Source: an uncultured Anaerolineales bacterium
GTDB taxonomy: Bacteria > Chloroflexota > Anaerolineae > Anaerolineales > UBA11858
Reading direction: 5' to 3'
Length of the DNA: 58,766 nucleotides
Assembly: GCA_964448865.1 (NCBI GenBank)
Contig: CAYUXO010000003.1
Coordinates: 1-58,766, forward strand
Part shown: positions 1 to 9,224 of the stretch, one piece after another
Position numbering within the stretch: position 1 is the stretch's first letter
Layout: every line of letters starts with the position of its first letter
Made by a program: the position numbers and the translations under genes
Notes under the pieces: generated by a model
What the model was told of the DNA's origin: nothing
The model's database searches: none
The model's input: the letters and a program-made list of their open reading frames with translations, nothing else

Positions 1-15
1 AATTATTCCTGCCTA

Positions 16-65
16 TTGACAAGGTGCCAAATGGCTGTTATTATGATGCCAGATGCCAGATGGCA
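16..65 (+). promoter_or_regulatory. sigma70-type promoter with candidate Xre-RES operator repeats
   Basis: TTGACA (16-21), 17-nt spacer, TGnTATTAT (-10 at 39-44); quasi-palindromes TGCCAAATGGC (25-35) and TGCCAGATGGCA (54-65). Confidence 0.7.
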
Positions 66-86
66 GACATCAGATTGGAGGTCAAA

Positions 87-530
87 ATGACAACCGCTTC
101 TATCTTTAAGGAGAAGGAACCAATTGCTTATGCAAAACTAATTGGTATCAAAGCTTCAGATAGAATGGAGTTGTCTGAAAAAGTTCAGGCTGGTTTTCCA
201 TTTAAAGCGTTTATTACATTGACAAAATCCATGGAAGTTTCGAACCAACAACTTGCTGAACTAGTTCAGATTAGTGATCGTACACTAATTCGAAGACGAA
301 AAGATGGGATATTAAAATCTGACGAATCTGAACGGTTGCTAAGGATTGCTCGAATATTTACTTTGGCGGTTAATTTGTTCGAAGGTGATAGTTCGTCCGC
401 CCAGAATTGGTTATCAAGTATTAATAGAGCTCTGGGAGGTGAATCACCTCTCGAAGCAAGTAAAACCGAGGAAGGATCAAGAGAGGTTGAAAACCTTATA
501 ATCCGATTGGAACATGGGGTTTTCTCTTGA
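87..530 (+). CDS. Type II antitoxin, Xre/MbcA/ParS family
   Basis: HTH-like ISDRTLIRRRK, ESERLLRIARI, WL...NRALGGESPLE, EVENLIIRLEHGVF; GGAGG RBS favours ATG 87 over GTG 24. Confidence 0.93.
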   Translation: MTTASIFKEKEPIAYAKLIGIKASDRMELSEKVQAGFPFKAFITLTKSMEVSNQQLAELVQISDRTLIRRRKDGILKSDESERLLRIARIFTLAVNLFEGDSSSAQNWLSSINRALGGESPLEASKTEEGSREVENLIIRLEHGVFS

Positions 531-991
531 TAATCACTGCCTGGCGTATTACCAAGAGCAAGTATAAAGAAGTTGCTTTTACAGGAGAAGGCGCAGAAGA
601 ATCTGGTGGACGTTGGAATAGCGAAGGAACCAGAATCGTTTATGGATCTTCTTCGCTTTCATTGGCTATCTTAGAAATTCTCGTTAATCTTCATGACGAG
701 AAAATACTGTCATCGTATATGGTGATTCCATTTCACTTTGATGATAACTTAATGGAATCATTAGATGTAAAAGGTCTTCCTGAGGATTGGGCATCCTTAC
801 CATCCTCACTTTCTGCAAAGTCTATTGGGGATGATTGGGTACAATCTAAAACCTCATTAATACTAGAAGTTCCTAGTGCAGTTGTTCCTTTTGAGATGAA
901 TTATCTGATCAACCCAAGTCATCCCGATTTTGATCAGATAACCTACGGTGATCCAATTCCATTGCCGTTGGATGAAAGACTGATAGACTGA
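527..991 (+). CDS. RES-domain toxin (NAD+ phosphorylase family)
   Basis: WRI, GGRWNS, LAILEILV, VPSAVVP, NYLINPSHPDF motifs; overlaps the antitoxin stop. Confidence 0.95.
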   Translation: MIITAWRITKSKYKEVAFTGEGAEESGGRWNSEGTRIVYGSSSLSLAILEILVNLHDEKILSSYMVIPFHFDDNLMESLDVKGLPEDWASLPSSLSAKSIGDDWVQSKTSLILEVPSAVVPFEMNYLINPSHPDFDQITYGDPIPLPLDERLID

Positions 992-1324
992 TAGATCAGA
1001 TCAGTTGTTTTAATACTGGTGTGATTTAGGTTTTAACTGACCGACCTAAAGTCTGTTATTCTAATTGCTTGTTTCAGGCTGTATACTGCATGACCATGCC
1101 TGAATTTATGGTGAGAATGATAAGGAAACCCAACTTTCTCCATACCAGAATTACACCTGAGCAACGAGAGTGAGAATACACTTAAGTCTAGCTTGGGAAT
1201 CGTATTGCCTAAGGATCATATACTTGAATGGGATAACTGGTCTGAATTTTCAAGAATACAAATAGAAATGTGGTCCTGTCAAGAATAATGTGTAATTTCA
1301 AGCCTGAATAATGATGGAGAATTA

Positions 1325-1659
1325 ATGGTAATTGTCAATAACTATTCAATGCTTTGGGGTGGTATATTAATCCTGGGCCTAGCAGTGTTTTTCCTTCTGC
1401 GCAAAGGCTCCAGATCAAAAAATGGCCTGAAGCTGATCCTGATTGCAGCTGCACTTTTTGTTAGCTGGTTAGTTCTGAGGCCTGATCAAGCTACCATATC
1501 CGAAATCACACAATTCAAGGGTGAATTGGGGCAGGGCCAGGCTGTGCTCCTTGAATTGCAATCTCCATATTGATTGGCTTGTGCTGCGGCAAAGCCTATC
1601 GCGAATGGCGCACAATTGGCACTCTTAATGCTGATAAAGTACGCCAATTTCTACGGTAG
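1325..1659 (+). pseudogene. Membrane-anchored thioredoxin-like protein with UxxC motif, internally deleted/frameshifted
   Basis: Two hydrophobic segments, then LLELQSPY-TGA(1571-1573)-LACAAAKPI; a thioredoxin-like tail EWRTIGTLNADKVRQFLR* continues in another frame (1603-1659). Confidence 0.6.
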
Positions 1660-2211
1660 CACAATACTGTGATAGGACTGTCAGTCTAAGATACTGAAAC
1701 CCTGGCATTCCTAACCCGATTACATTCCAGAGTATAGACTATTCAAGAGCTGATCCGCGTGGGCAGAGATTTCAGAGTGCTGCGGCAATTGAAGGGGTTC
1801 GTAATCCAATTAAGAAACTCGAGACAAATTCTCTTAAAGTTCGGAGAATTGAGTAAATGAAACGGTGTTTCGATCCAATTGGAATTCAGTACCAGGTACA
1901 ATCCTTCAAGACTAAGGGACGAGATTGTTTTCTCAAAGCTTGTTCTTGGCATGAAAATTACTGATGAACCGTTACACTTGCTGAGTTTACCAAATGGCTG
2001 GTGTGGCACTTGATACCAGGGTCGAACAACCTTATATTACATTCAAAGAGTTTATTCACTTACTATAAAGGGAAGAAAAATGAGAGACGCACTTGAGTTT
2101 GGGGTCAAATCGTTTTTTGCTGGCTGTCTGGGCTTCCTGGGGGCAATTTCCATTTATTCTCCATCAAAAATACCTTTAGGCCATTCAGGTTTTTTTTCTC
2201 ACAGGAAATTA

Positions 2212-3471
2212 TTAACTTATTGTGTTCTCCGAAAGACTAACATCATCTTCAGCCAAGGGTGCCTGCGCTAGCAATCCTTGACTATTAGCTTCGCGAGCTT
2301 GTTCAACTCGAGTAACTGAGATGGGTGCTAGTTTTGGGTGGCGAGCATGAATGGGCATTTGATGTGTTGAACTCCCGGTAACGTAACGGGTTAATTCGCT
2401 GACACTCAGATGCTTGATACCCAACCGTTCCAGGGTGCGACCCCGGCGCCAATAATCGGTTTGATGAGCAATACAAGCCAGGCGAATAATGCTTTCCATG
2501 CCGCGCACGGAAACACCATAATGATTTCCTAGTGATGCTATGGGGACTAAACTCATAGGAATATCTTCAGTGATGTAACGATGGGTTAAGGTGGGAGGTG
2601 CATTGATACCCCTGTAACCAGGATGATTATGAATGGCATCGTGCAGATTATCTCCATCGGCGTTATAGGCCATCTTGAGCCACTCTCTGGCTGTAATAGC
2701 TCGCACGCCGACGGCGGAGGCGACGGTAACGCGCTCACGATCTAAAACTTCCATCAGGTATGCTACCGTGGGCGTAACACCATCCAGATAAAATTGAAAT
2801 CCACCATTTGTGGCTTCAATCCACCCTGCATTGAGAATGCTGATGGTTGGATGAAAAATAGCTCCGATATTATTGATGCCGGTTTGGAGTACGTCACCCC
2901 CATCAATAAACTGGGGATAAGCTGATGCTAATTTTTCTAATACATTGGATGTTTCTGTGGACGGTAGGGCGGCAAGGGGTACGGCATCTTTGATGCGGAA
3001 AATACGCGCCTGGGAGGGCCCATCTGAACGCGATGCATAAATAAAAGTTTGGGTTTCAGCAACTGTTACCCCATTCTGACATCCCTCTTGCTCGAGCACA
3101 CGTTTGAATTCGATGGCTCCCAGGGTGCGACCCGGATTGAGTACCACGATTTGTCCTGCCTGCAGATAAGGTGCGGCCTTCCGGGCGATAGAATAGTGGG
3201 CATAAGCCGGGGTTACAATCATGGCTATATCACAGTTTTCAATTGCGACTTTCATATCTGATGTAATCCGTGTTAAGCGCCCGAATCCTCTCGGACCGGC
3301 AGGATCTTCGCTTTCTAGCGTAATGCCCCCTCGTGCTTGAATTGCGGCAATATTTTCAGCTGTGCGGTTATAGAGCGTAACTTCAAAACCCATGATGGCG
3401 AGATGAGCGGCCATGGCCTTCCCCCCGTTGCCGGCTCCAATTACTGTATAACGCGTATTATTTTTGTCCAT
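2212..3471 (-). CDS. NAD(P)-dependent opine (octopine/nopaline-family) dehydrogenase
   Basis: IGAGNGG Rossmann motif, NPGRTLGA, NIGAIFHP, HRYITEDIP; ~50-aa low-complexity C-terminal tail. Confidence 0.9.
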   Translation of the reverse strand: MDKNNTRYTVIGAGNGGKAMAAHLAIMGFEVTLYNRTAENIAAIQARGGITLESEDPAGPRGFGRLTRITSDMKVAIENCDIAMIVTPAYAHYSIARKAAPYLQAGQIVVLNPGRTLGAIEFKRVLEQEGCQNGVTVAETQTFIYASRSDGPSQARIFRIKDAVPLAALPSTETSNVLEKLASAYPQFIDGGDVLQTGINNIGAIFHPTISILNAGWIEATNGGFQFYLDGVTPTVAYLMEVLDRERVTVASAVGVRAITAREWLKMAYNADGDNLHDAIHNHPGYRGINAPPTLTHRYITEDIPMSLVPIASLGNHYGVSVRGMESIIRLACIAHQTDYWRRGRTLERLGIKHLSVSELTRYVTGSSTHQMPIHARHPKLAPISVTRVEQAREANSQGLLAQAPLAEDDVSLSENTIS

Positions 3472-3497
3472 TAACTTCTCCTGTAAAATGATCCCGA

Positions 3498-5135
3498 CTA
3501 TGATGGAATTATTAGGTTTGCAATTCGCTCCTTCTCGCTGATCGGGCTTCGGGTAGTTGGATCAACAGCAATACAGGCTCCCCGGTTATCAACGCTAGTG
3601 GCGATTTTCCCTCGTCCAAAGGGGTTGTTCTTGAGGTGTGGGGCATCTAAAATGCCTGTTTTGATAGCCTGTGTCAGGGTAACCGCGTCTGCCAAAGGGT
3701 CAGCAACCCCTTCAAATGCCAGACTCCGAATCTCATCAAGGGTGACAGCCGCTTCTTGGGTTAATTCGCCCACCCGTTTTTGGATATTCTCGTCCCGAGT
3801 CATATCTGGTCCTCCCAAAGCATTCTCAATGGATCGTCGGGCGAGCTTGCAGGATTCGATCACGTCTGCAGCCGTTGCGGCATGATCTGCTTCGGTGTAT
3901 CCCACAACATGCAAAATGTGGGGACGGAGCGCCATTTGAAGGTATACACTTGCAGCCAAATGAGCACGGGCGGCATCAACATCAACTGGATAACTCAATA
4001 GCCCGGTACGGGTCTGCCGCCAAATTCGAAAATCTGGACTCTCCAGGGGGTGGATCATTTTGAGTACAGCTAACATTTTGGCCAGATCCATAGCGTCCGT
4101 CAAACCGGGTGGACTGTTAAACATCATCTGAGCAATGTAATCCTTAACCCCAAAAGCCCGCGCGTTATAAGCCGATAGATAAGCCGCCACAACAAATATG
4201 ACATCCGGAGCGTCGCGCAAGCCCCAATGGTGGGGTTCATTGACCTCCACTGGAAAGGATCGTTCCCCGTACCAAGCCATCAGTTTTTGATGTTCTCGAA
4301 TTGAACCTTCCAAGCCCCAAGGTCCGCGGCCATCCATTTGATTGAACCAGAACAGCGGGATTGCGCCCCAGGCGATATGGATGGTTTCAACATACATTTC
4401 AGCCAGTTGGATGAAATTATCGGTACCTGTATAGGTTCGTAAAAGTGGGTAGTTGCCTTGACGAGTGGCTTGATACAGAGATCGATAATCTTCGGGAGTG
4501 CGGACGGGAACGCCCCCGGCCCCTCGGCGGCGCGGATTTTGTTTTTCAGGATGAAAGAAATTTTCCTGGGCATCCTGGTCAATCCCAAGGGAGATCACAT
4601 CAATCATTCCAGATTTGGATATTTTCTGGATGCCGTTGCGAGTCGCATCGTAGTCTGGTAATCCAAAATGATGACGAAGAAGGGGGTAGGGAGATTTCCA
4701 TTGAATACGTTCAATGGTTGTTTGTGGAAAATCTATTTTTGTATGGCTTTTATCCTCATCCCCCCTGAGATAAGCCGATACTTGATCTGGGGTTGCACTT
4801 CCATCAAAACAGGCATCGAAAAAACCAAAGGCTTTAGCGAGCTCTACAACCGGTGGCGTTCCGCCAAATACAAAATGAGTCCCATTCGTGTGTAAGTCAT
4901 CTGCCGCCTCAGCGAATTCTCCCAATAAGCGTGCGCCAGTTTCCGGGGTCAATCGGTAGGAAACACCGACTAAATCCGCTTTTTCACGACGAGCAATCTC
5001 AAGGAACTTTTCAATGGATACGGCCGGCCCTAAAAACACTGTCCGCCATCCGGCTTGATCAGCTAAGCGTAAGAAGTTGGTTACACCAGCAACATGAACA
5101 CATTCTCCTAAGGCACCTGCTATAACTGTTTTCAT
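3498..5135 (-). CDS. Cobalamin-binding domain protein fused to a large putative catalytic domain; function unknown
   Basis: N-terminal GECVHVAG...VGVSY...FGGT (DxHxxG-SxL-GG B12 signature variant) followed by a ~400-aa domain. Confidence 0.8.
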   Translation of the reverse strand: MKTVIAGALGECVHVAGVTNFLRLADQAGWRTVFLGPAVSIEKFLEIARREKADLVGVSYRLTPETGARLLGEFAEAADDLHTNGTHFVFGGTPPVVELAKAFGFFDACFDGSATPDQVSAYLRGDEDKSHTKIDFPQTTIERIQWKSPYPLLRHHFGLPDYDATRNGIQKISKSGMIDVISLGIDQDAQENFFHPEKQNPRRRGAGGVPVRTPEDYRSLYQATRQGNYPLLRTYTGTDNFIQLAEMYVETIHIAWGAIPLFWFNQMDGRGPWGLEGSIREHQKLMAWYGERSFPVEVNEPHHWGLRDAPDVIFVVAAYLSAYNARAFGVKDYIAQMMFNSPPGLTDAMDLAKMLAVLKMIHPLESPDFRIWRQTRTGLLSYPVDVDAARAHLAASVYLQMALRPHILHVVGYTEADHAATAADVIESCKLARRSIENALGGPDMTRDENIQKRVGELTQEAAVTLDEIRSLAFEGVADPLADAVTLTQAIKTGILDAPHLKNNPFGRGKIATSVDNRGACIAVDPTTRSPISEKERIANLIIPS

Positions 5136-5478
5136 TTATTCATCATCACCTATTTTAAATATCATGAAATCAACTTGATCCAAGATAATTCTCGTTCCTA
5201 GACGTAAAACTAAGGCTATGATTCTTAGCCAGGCAGGTTGTACGATCTGAGCATATTCTTGTTTCCAAACGGCTCAGTATTTGACAATATTATGAAGTTG
5301 ACGTTCAGTGCAATCGAACAGAAAAGGAAATTATCTGGTGTAATCCACACCCCCATTTGGTCGATAATGTTGACCTGTTCTTCGAAATTCTCGATATAAA
5401 TCTCGCTCAGTGCTAAGCCCCATAATCTGCGAGAAGTGAATATAGTATAGCACATGGATGATTCTACAAATCCAAGCC

Positions 5479-5598
5479 AGCTAACACCGTGTGGAGCTGA
5501 CCTGCTACGCAGTAGCTAATATGGCATGAAACAAAATAAATTTTTGGTTTACAGTACATGTGGAGAAAAAACGCAGACAGCACACACATTCGTTAGTA
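5479..5598 (+). mobile_element. attC-like integron recombination site (degenerate)
   Basis: AGCTAAC (R'') - accGTGTGGAGCTGACCTGC ... GCAGACAGCACACACattc - GTTAGTA (R'); arms complementary with a bulge. Confidence 0.65.
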
Positions 5599-5640
5599 TT
5601 CAAATATAAAAAAATATAGCCGGGTTGGTTATAAGCCGTT

Positions 5641-5745
5641 ATCCGCCAAGCCGCAGGCTGCAGGTTCGCCCATCGGTACCATACCTCAGGATTGCGCGAT
5701 GGGTTGTTTGTATTCACCCTCGCGCTTAAATCCTGCCGAGCCCAC
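5641..5745 (+). repeat. tRNA 3'-half copy A with 60-nt T-loop insert (diverged)
   Basis: ATCCGCCAAGCCGCAGG...GCAGGTTCG [5669-5728] AATCCTGCCGAGCCCAC. Confidence 0.75.
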
Positions 5746-5892
5746 AATTGACACTAAAAATAGGCCTATTTCGTGCCCGAGAAGGCCTGTTTAATTTTTT
5801 TATTTAACCCCCGCTCAATTTTTTTAAGTTATTGATTTATCTCCAAATTTAAATTTGGAAAGTGATAGATGTGGTTATCAGAACCAATGTGG

Positions 5893-5942
5893 GATAATTA
5901 CTTATCCATTATCCGGCGTTTTACAGATAATTAACATTAGTT
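5893..5942 (+). other. Possible attI-like site upstream of the cassette-like gene
   Basis: ATAATTACTTATCCATTATCCGGCGTTTTACAGATAATTAAC-ATTAGTT: imperfect TTATC..GATAA inverted repeat followed by a one-mismatch GTTRRRY core; resemblance to attI is from recalled pattern only. Confidence 0.3.
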
Positions 5943-5995
5943 TGCAAATAAATGTCAAAGGAATTTCTGAAGGGTTCAGATCACAAAATATATTT

Positions 5996-6931
5996 ATGAC
6001 AATATATACAAAACTATTAGAAAATGAAATACAAGAGATTATGGGGAGATATGAACTTTTAGTGACCAGTTATGAGCCAATAGAACAAGGTGCAGGGAAT
6101 TCAAATTATTTACTGAATACAAATCATGGAAAGTTTGTTCTCACAATTTTTGAGATCGAACCCATTCGCGTAGAGTATATAAGTAAAGTGTTGTTGCTAT
6201 TGGAGAAACACGAATTTCCAGCACCACGACCGCAAAAAATGGCAAATGGCGAAGTGCTAACGAAATATCAAGAAAAATCAGTATTGGTGAAGCCATATAT
6301 AACAGGGTTTGTAGAATCTGAAATAGATGGTAATAAAGCAAAACAAGTGGGGACAGCATTAGCGAAATTGCATGAAATACCGGTACCGGATTATTTGCCG
6401 GATAAACATTCGTATGTAGAGATAACCTATCCTAAATTTATGGAGCAAGAAATTGATCGAAATTATAAAACCTGGGTGGGGCAAAGATACAATTATATCA
6501 TAGAGAAATTACCATTTCAGTTACCAGTTGGGTTGGTTCATGGTGATATATTTTGCGATAACATTTTATTTGAAGATGAGAATCTTAAAGCCATCCTTGA
6601 TTTTGAAGACGTGAGCCGGATATACAAAATTCATGATTTGGGGATGGCGGTTGTAGGAATATGCACTGAAGAAACAAATATTGTTATTAGAAAAGTGAGA
6701 GCTTTAGTAGAAGGGTATCAAGAAATTAGGTTGCTAGAAGAGATAGAAAAAGACAGTTTGCAATTGTGTATTGAATGGGCTGCAATCTTGACATCAACAT
6801 GGCGTTTTTGGAAGTACAATATTGATATGCCGGAAAAAGATAAGTCAGAAAAATATATGCAAATGGTTTCCATTGCGAAAAATGCCAGTGCAATTCTAAA
6901 AGAAGAATTCAAAATGGCAGTATTCTCTTGA
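5996..6931 (+). CDS. thrB: Homoserine kinase type II / APH-like phosphotransferase, cassette-like
   Basis: GAGNSNYLL, FVLTIFE, LAKLHE, VHGDIFCDNILF, ILDFED; AT-rich; ATG 5996 chosen; followed by an attC-like site. Confidence 0.75.
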   Translation: MTIYTKLLENEIQEIMGRYELLVTSYEPIEQGAGNSNYLLNTNHGKFVLTIFEIEPIRVEYISKVLLLLEKHEFPAPRPQKMANGEVLTKYQEKSVLVKPYITGFVESEIDGNKAKQVGTALAKLHEIPVPDYLPDKHSYVEITYPKFMEQEIDRNYKTWVGQRYNYIIEKLPFQLPVGLVHGDIFCDNILFEDENLKAILDFEDVSRIYKIHDLGMAVVGICTEETNIVIRKVRALVEGYQEIRLLEEIEKDSLQLCIEWAAILTSTWRFWKYNIDMPEKDKSEKYMQMVSIAKNASAILKEEFKMAVFS

Positions 6932-6953
6932 TTGAAAAGAGCAAACTACCGAT

Positions 6954-7080
6954 GAATAACAGTGTCAAGGGTGAACCCTGACCTGCTTCGCAGCAGAGGA
7001 CGGCGCGCTAAAAGCAATCTTTTGTTACGGCTGAGCAGCGCTTGGAGCTGACACGCAGGCTTCTCAATAAATCGTTAGCA
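6954..7080 (+). mobile_element. attC-like site (degenerate) downstream of thrB-like gene
   Basis: GAATAAC ... TGAACCCTGACCTGC ... GCAGGCTTCTCA ... GTTAGCA; shares CTGACCTGCTnCGCAGnAG and ACGCAG with the 5479 site. Confidence 0.55.
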
Positions 7081-7112
7081 GTCAAATATAACCGGGTTGA
7101 ATATATACCGTA

Positions 7113-7268
7113 ATCCGCCAGGTCGCAGGTTCGCCCCTCGGTCCTTACCTTCGGGATTCAAGGCGAAAAGGGATCATATCCCGCCATCGCCTGATCCATG
7201 TGCAGGAGCATATGGGATAGCGATGGGTGACCGGAATTTACCCTCGCTCTTAAATCCTGCCGGGCCCA
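7113..7268 (+). repeat. tRNA 3'-half copy B with 119-nt T-loop insert
   Basis: CCGCC-AGGTC-GCAGG-TTCG [7134-7252] AAT-CCTGC-CGGGCCC-A; identical to 15912-16067. Confidence 0.85.
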
Positions 7269-7981
7269 TCCTTGTTGGAGAAGGGTACTTGTATGAACTG
7301 CAGGTATCGTTATTTGCTCATATTAGGATCCTATTATTCACTATTCGTTTTGACTTTTTTTCACTAATTAGATCTGACACCAGATATTGGCAAATGGAAA
7401 ATTGTGTTTTATACTCCTTAGAGTAGAATGAAATTCCAAAACGATTTATAAAATGATTTCAGACTTACACCTCGGTACTTGTGGAAACAAGACTGCTGGG
7501 CTGAGTTTTCACCTAAATATTAATATAAAGCTAGATATTCTAAACCAGCTGTTATCTTTCATGGATAAGGCTAGACCAAGACCTGATTCCCGGGTAATGA
7601 TGAATCGGATTTACTAATTCAACTCACGGGATTTCGTATCAAACAGAAACCTGGTTATTTTTGTTGCAGTTCAACAACAAGAGAAGCACTTTGTCTTGGG
7701 CCGATAAGAGGACACCTGTCAAAGCTCCCACCCTCAAATACAGTTTAAATTTGTTTTTAGTCTATTCAATAATTTTGGGTCCATCATATGATCAAGGTTA
7801 ATCCAGGTGGATAATCATTGAGTTGAAAAAATTCATATAATACCAATATTCCCAAATAGGAGGTGATTTCCTGCTAAAGAATCTTGTTATCAAGAAACGT
7901 TACCGTCTCCGGGCTAGCCCCCCGAATGAAATAGTCTATGTAGCGTTTTGATAATCATCAATCAACGAGGAGTCAATTATT

Positions 7982-9151
7982 ATGAAAAGATTTAAAATTA
8001 TTTCCCTTCTATTGGTCGGAGTTTTTCTGTTGACGGCTTGTGGTGATGCCGGAGCTGAAACGATCAAGATTGGTATCAATGCCCCGATTACGGGCGATAT
8101 CCCGAAAGTTGGTGAAGGCACAAAATACGCAGCCGAAATGTGGCTCGAAGATATTGAAGCTGCAGGCGGATTGAACGTTGGCGGTACAAAATACGCTGTT
8201 GAATTAGTCATTGAGGATAACGAATCAAAAGCCGAATCTGCTACAAAAGCCAACACCAAGATGATCACTCAGGATGACGTATTAGTGATTGTAGGACCGC
8301 AATCATCAAAGCAGGCTGTGCCCGCGGGTGATGTGGCAAATAACTATTCGACTCCCATGGTCAGCCCTTGGTCCACTAATCCAGCTACAACTTTAGGCCG
8401 GCCCTGGGTTTTCCGTGGTTGTTTCCTCGATCCATTCCAGGGTCCTGTTGTAGCGAATTTCGTGACCGATGAATTTGGCTTCACCAAAGCCGCAGTACTT
8501 TATGATGTTGCCAGCGATTACCCTAAAGGGCTTGCTGAAAACTTCAAGAGCGCCTGGGAAGCACTGCACGGTGAGGGATCCGTTGTTGCATATGAAAGCT
8601 TTACAACTAAAGACACAGATTTCAGTGCCCAGTTAACCTCAATCATTGGTTCCGGTGCAGAATTCTTCTTTGCCCCCCAGTATTACAACGAAGTTGCTTT
8701 GATCGTCCAGCAAGCCCATGAACTGGGTTGGGATGCTCCAATTGTGGGCAGCGACAGCTGGGGCTCAGCGGAGACTGTGACCCTCTGTGGTGAGGATTGC
8801 TATGGACTGTTCTTCACCACTCACTATGCAGCAGCCGGAGCAACAGGTGCAACCAAAGAATTCATCGACCGCTATGAAGCCGCCTATGGATACGTACCAG
8901 ACGATGTTGGTGCCTTAACCTGGGATACGTTAAAACTGGTCCAGATGGCGATTGAGAACTGTGGAGAAATCACCGGGGATATTGCAGTTGACCGCACCTG
9001 TGTCCGTGATGCGTTAGCTCAAATTAAGGACTTCCCTGGCATTACAGGGGACATGACCTTTACCGAGGAAGGCGACCCCATCAAATGTGCTGTGATTGTT
9101 CAGATCAGTGATGCGGGTGAATTCGAATTTTATAAGTCAGCCTGCCCCTAG
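7982..9151 (+). CDS. livK: Branched-chain amino acid ABC transporter substrate-binding lipoprotein
   Basis: Lipobox LLTAC, IKIGINAPITG, VFRGCFLDPFQG; first gene of a liv-type operon. Confidence 0.9.
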   Translation: MKRFKIISLLLVGVFLLTACGDAGAETIKIGINAPITGDIPKVGEGTKYAAEMWLEDIEAAGGLNVGGTKYAVELVIEDNESKAESATKANTKMITQDDVLVIVGPQSSKQAVPAGDVANNYSTPMVSPWSTNPATTLGRPWVFRGCFLDPFQGPVVANFVTDEFGFTKAAVLYDVASDYPKGLAENFKSAWEALHGEGSVVAYESFTTKDTDFSAQLTSIIGSGAEFFFAPQYYNEVALIVQQAHELGWDAPIVGSDSWGSAETVTLCGEDCYGLFFTTHYAAAGATGATKEFIDRYEAAYGYVPDDVGALTWDTLKLVQMAIENCGEITGDIAVDRTCVRDALAQIKDFPGITGDMTFTEEGDPIKCAVIVQISDAGEFEFYKSACP

Positions 9152-9169
9152 GAATTAGGAAAGATGAAT

Positions 9170-9202
9170 GAACCTGATGGGTTTCTTAAGCCCATCAGGT
9201 TC
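9170..9202 (+). terminator. Intercistronic stem-loop after livK
   Basis: GAACCTGATGGG / CCCATCAGGTTC 12-bp inverted repeat. Confidence 0.7.
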
Positions 9203-9224
9203 GCTTTAATAGAGGAGTAACCAC

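Noticed and set aside
1743..2009. 88-aa minus ORF, and a plus-strand AAIEGVRNPI stretch resembling asparaginase
   Set aside because: The ORF has no motifs and the resemblance is too short to support a call.
2080..2271. 63-aa ORF with a plausible start
   Set aside because: May be a truncated gene start, but it overlaps the opine dehydrogenase 3' end and no family was recognised.
5225..5455. 76-aa minus ORF or a decayed plus-strand cassette before the first attC-like site
   Set aside because: Stops interrupt the plus frame and neither reading shows recognisable motifs.
5136..5750. Cobalamin riboswitch upstream of the B12 protein
   Set aside because: No B12-box motifs recognised on the minus strand; the structured sequence is explained by the attC-like site and tRNA half.
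7113..7268. Functional tRNA gene or group I intron-containing tRNA
   Set aside because: No 5' half (acceptor 5' strand, D-arm) upstream of any copy, and no recognisable group I core in the short insert; isotype cannot be assigned.
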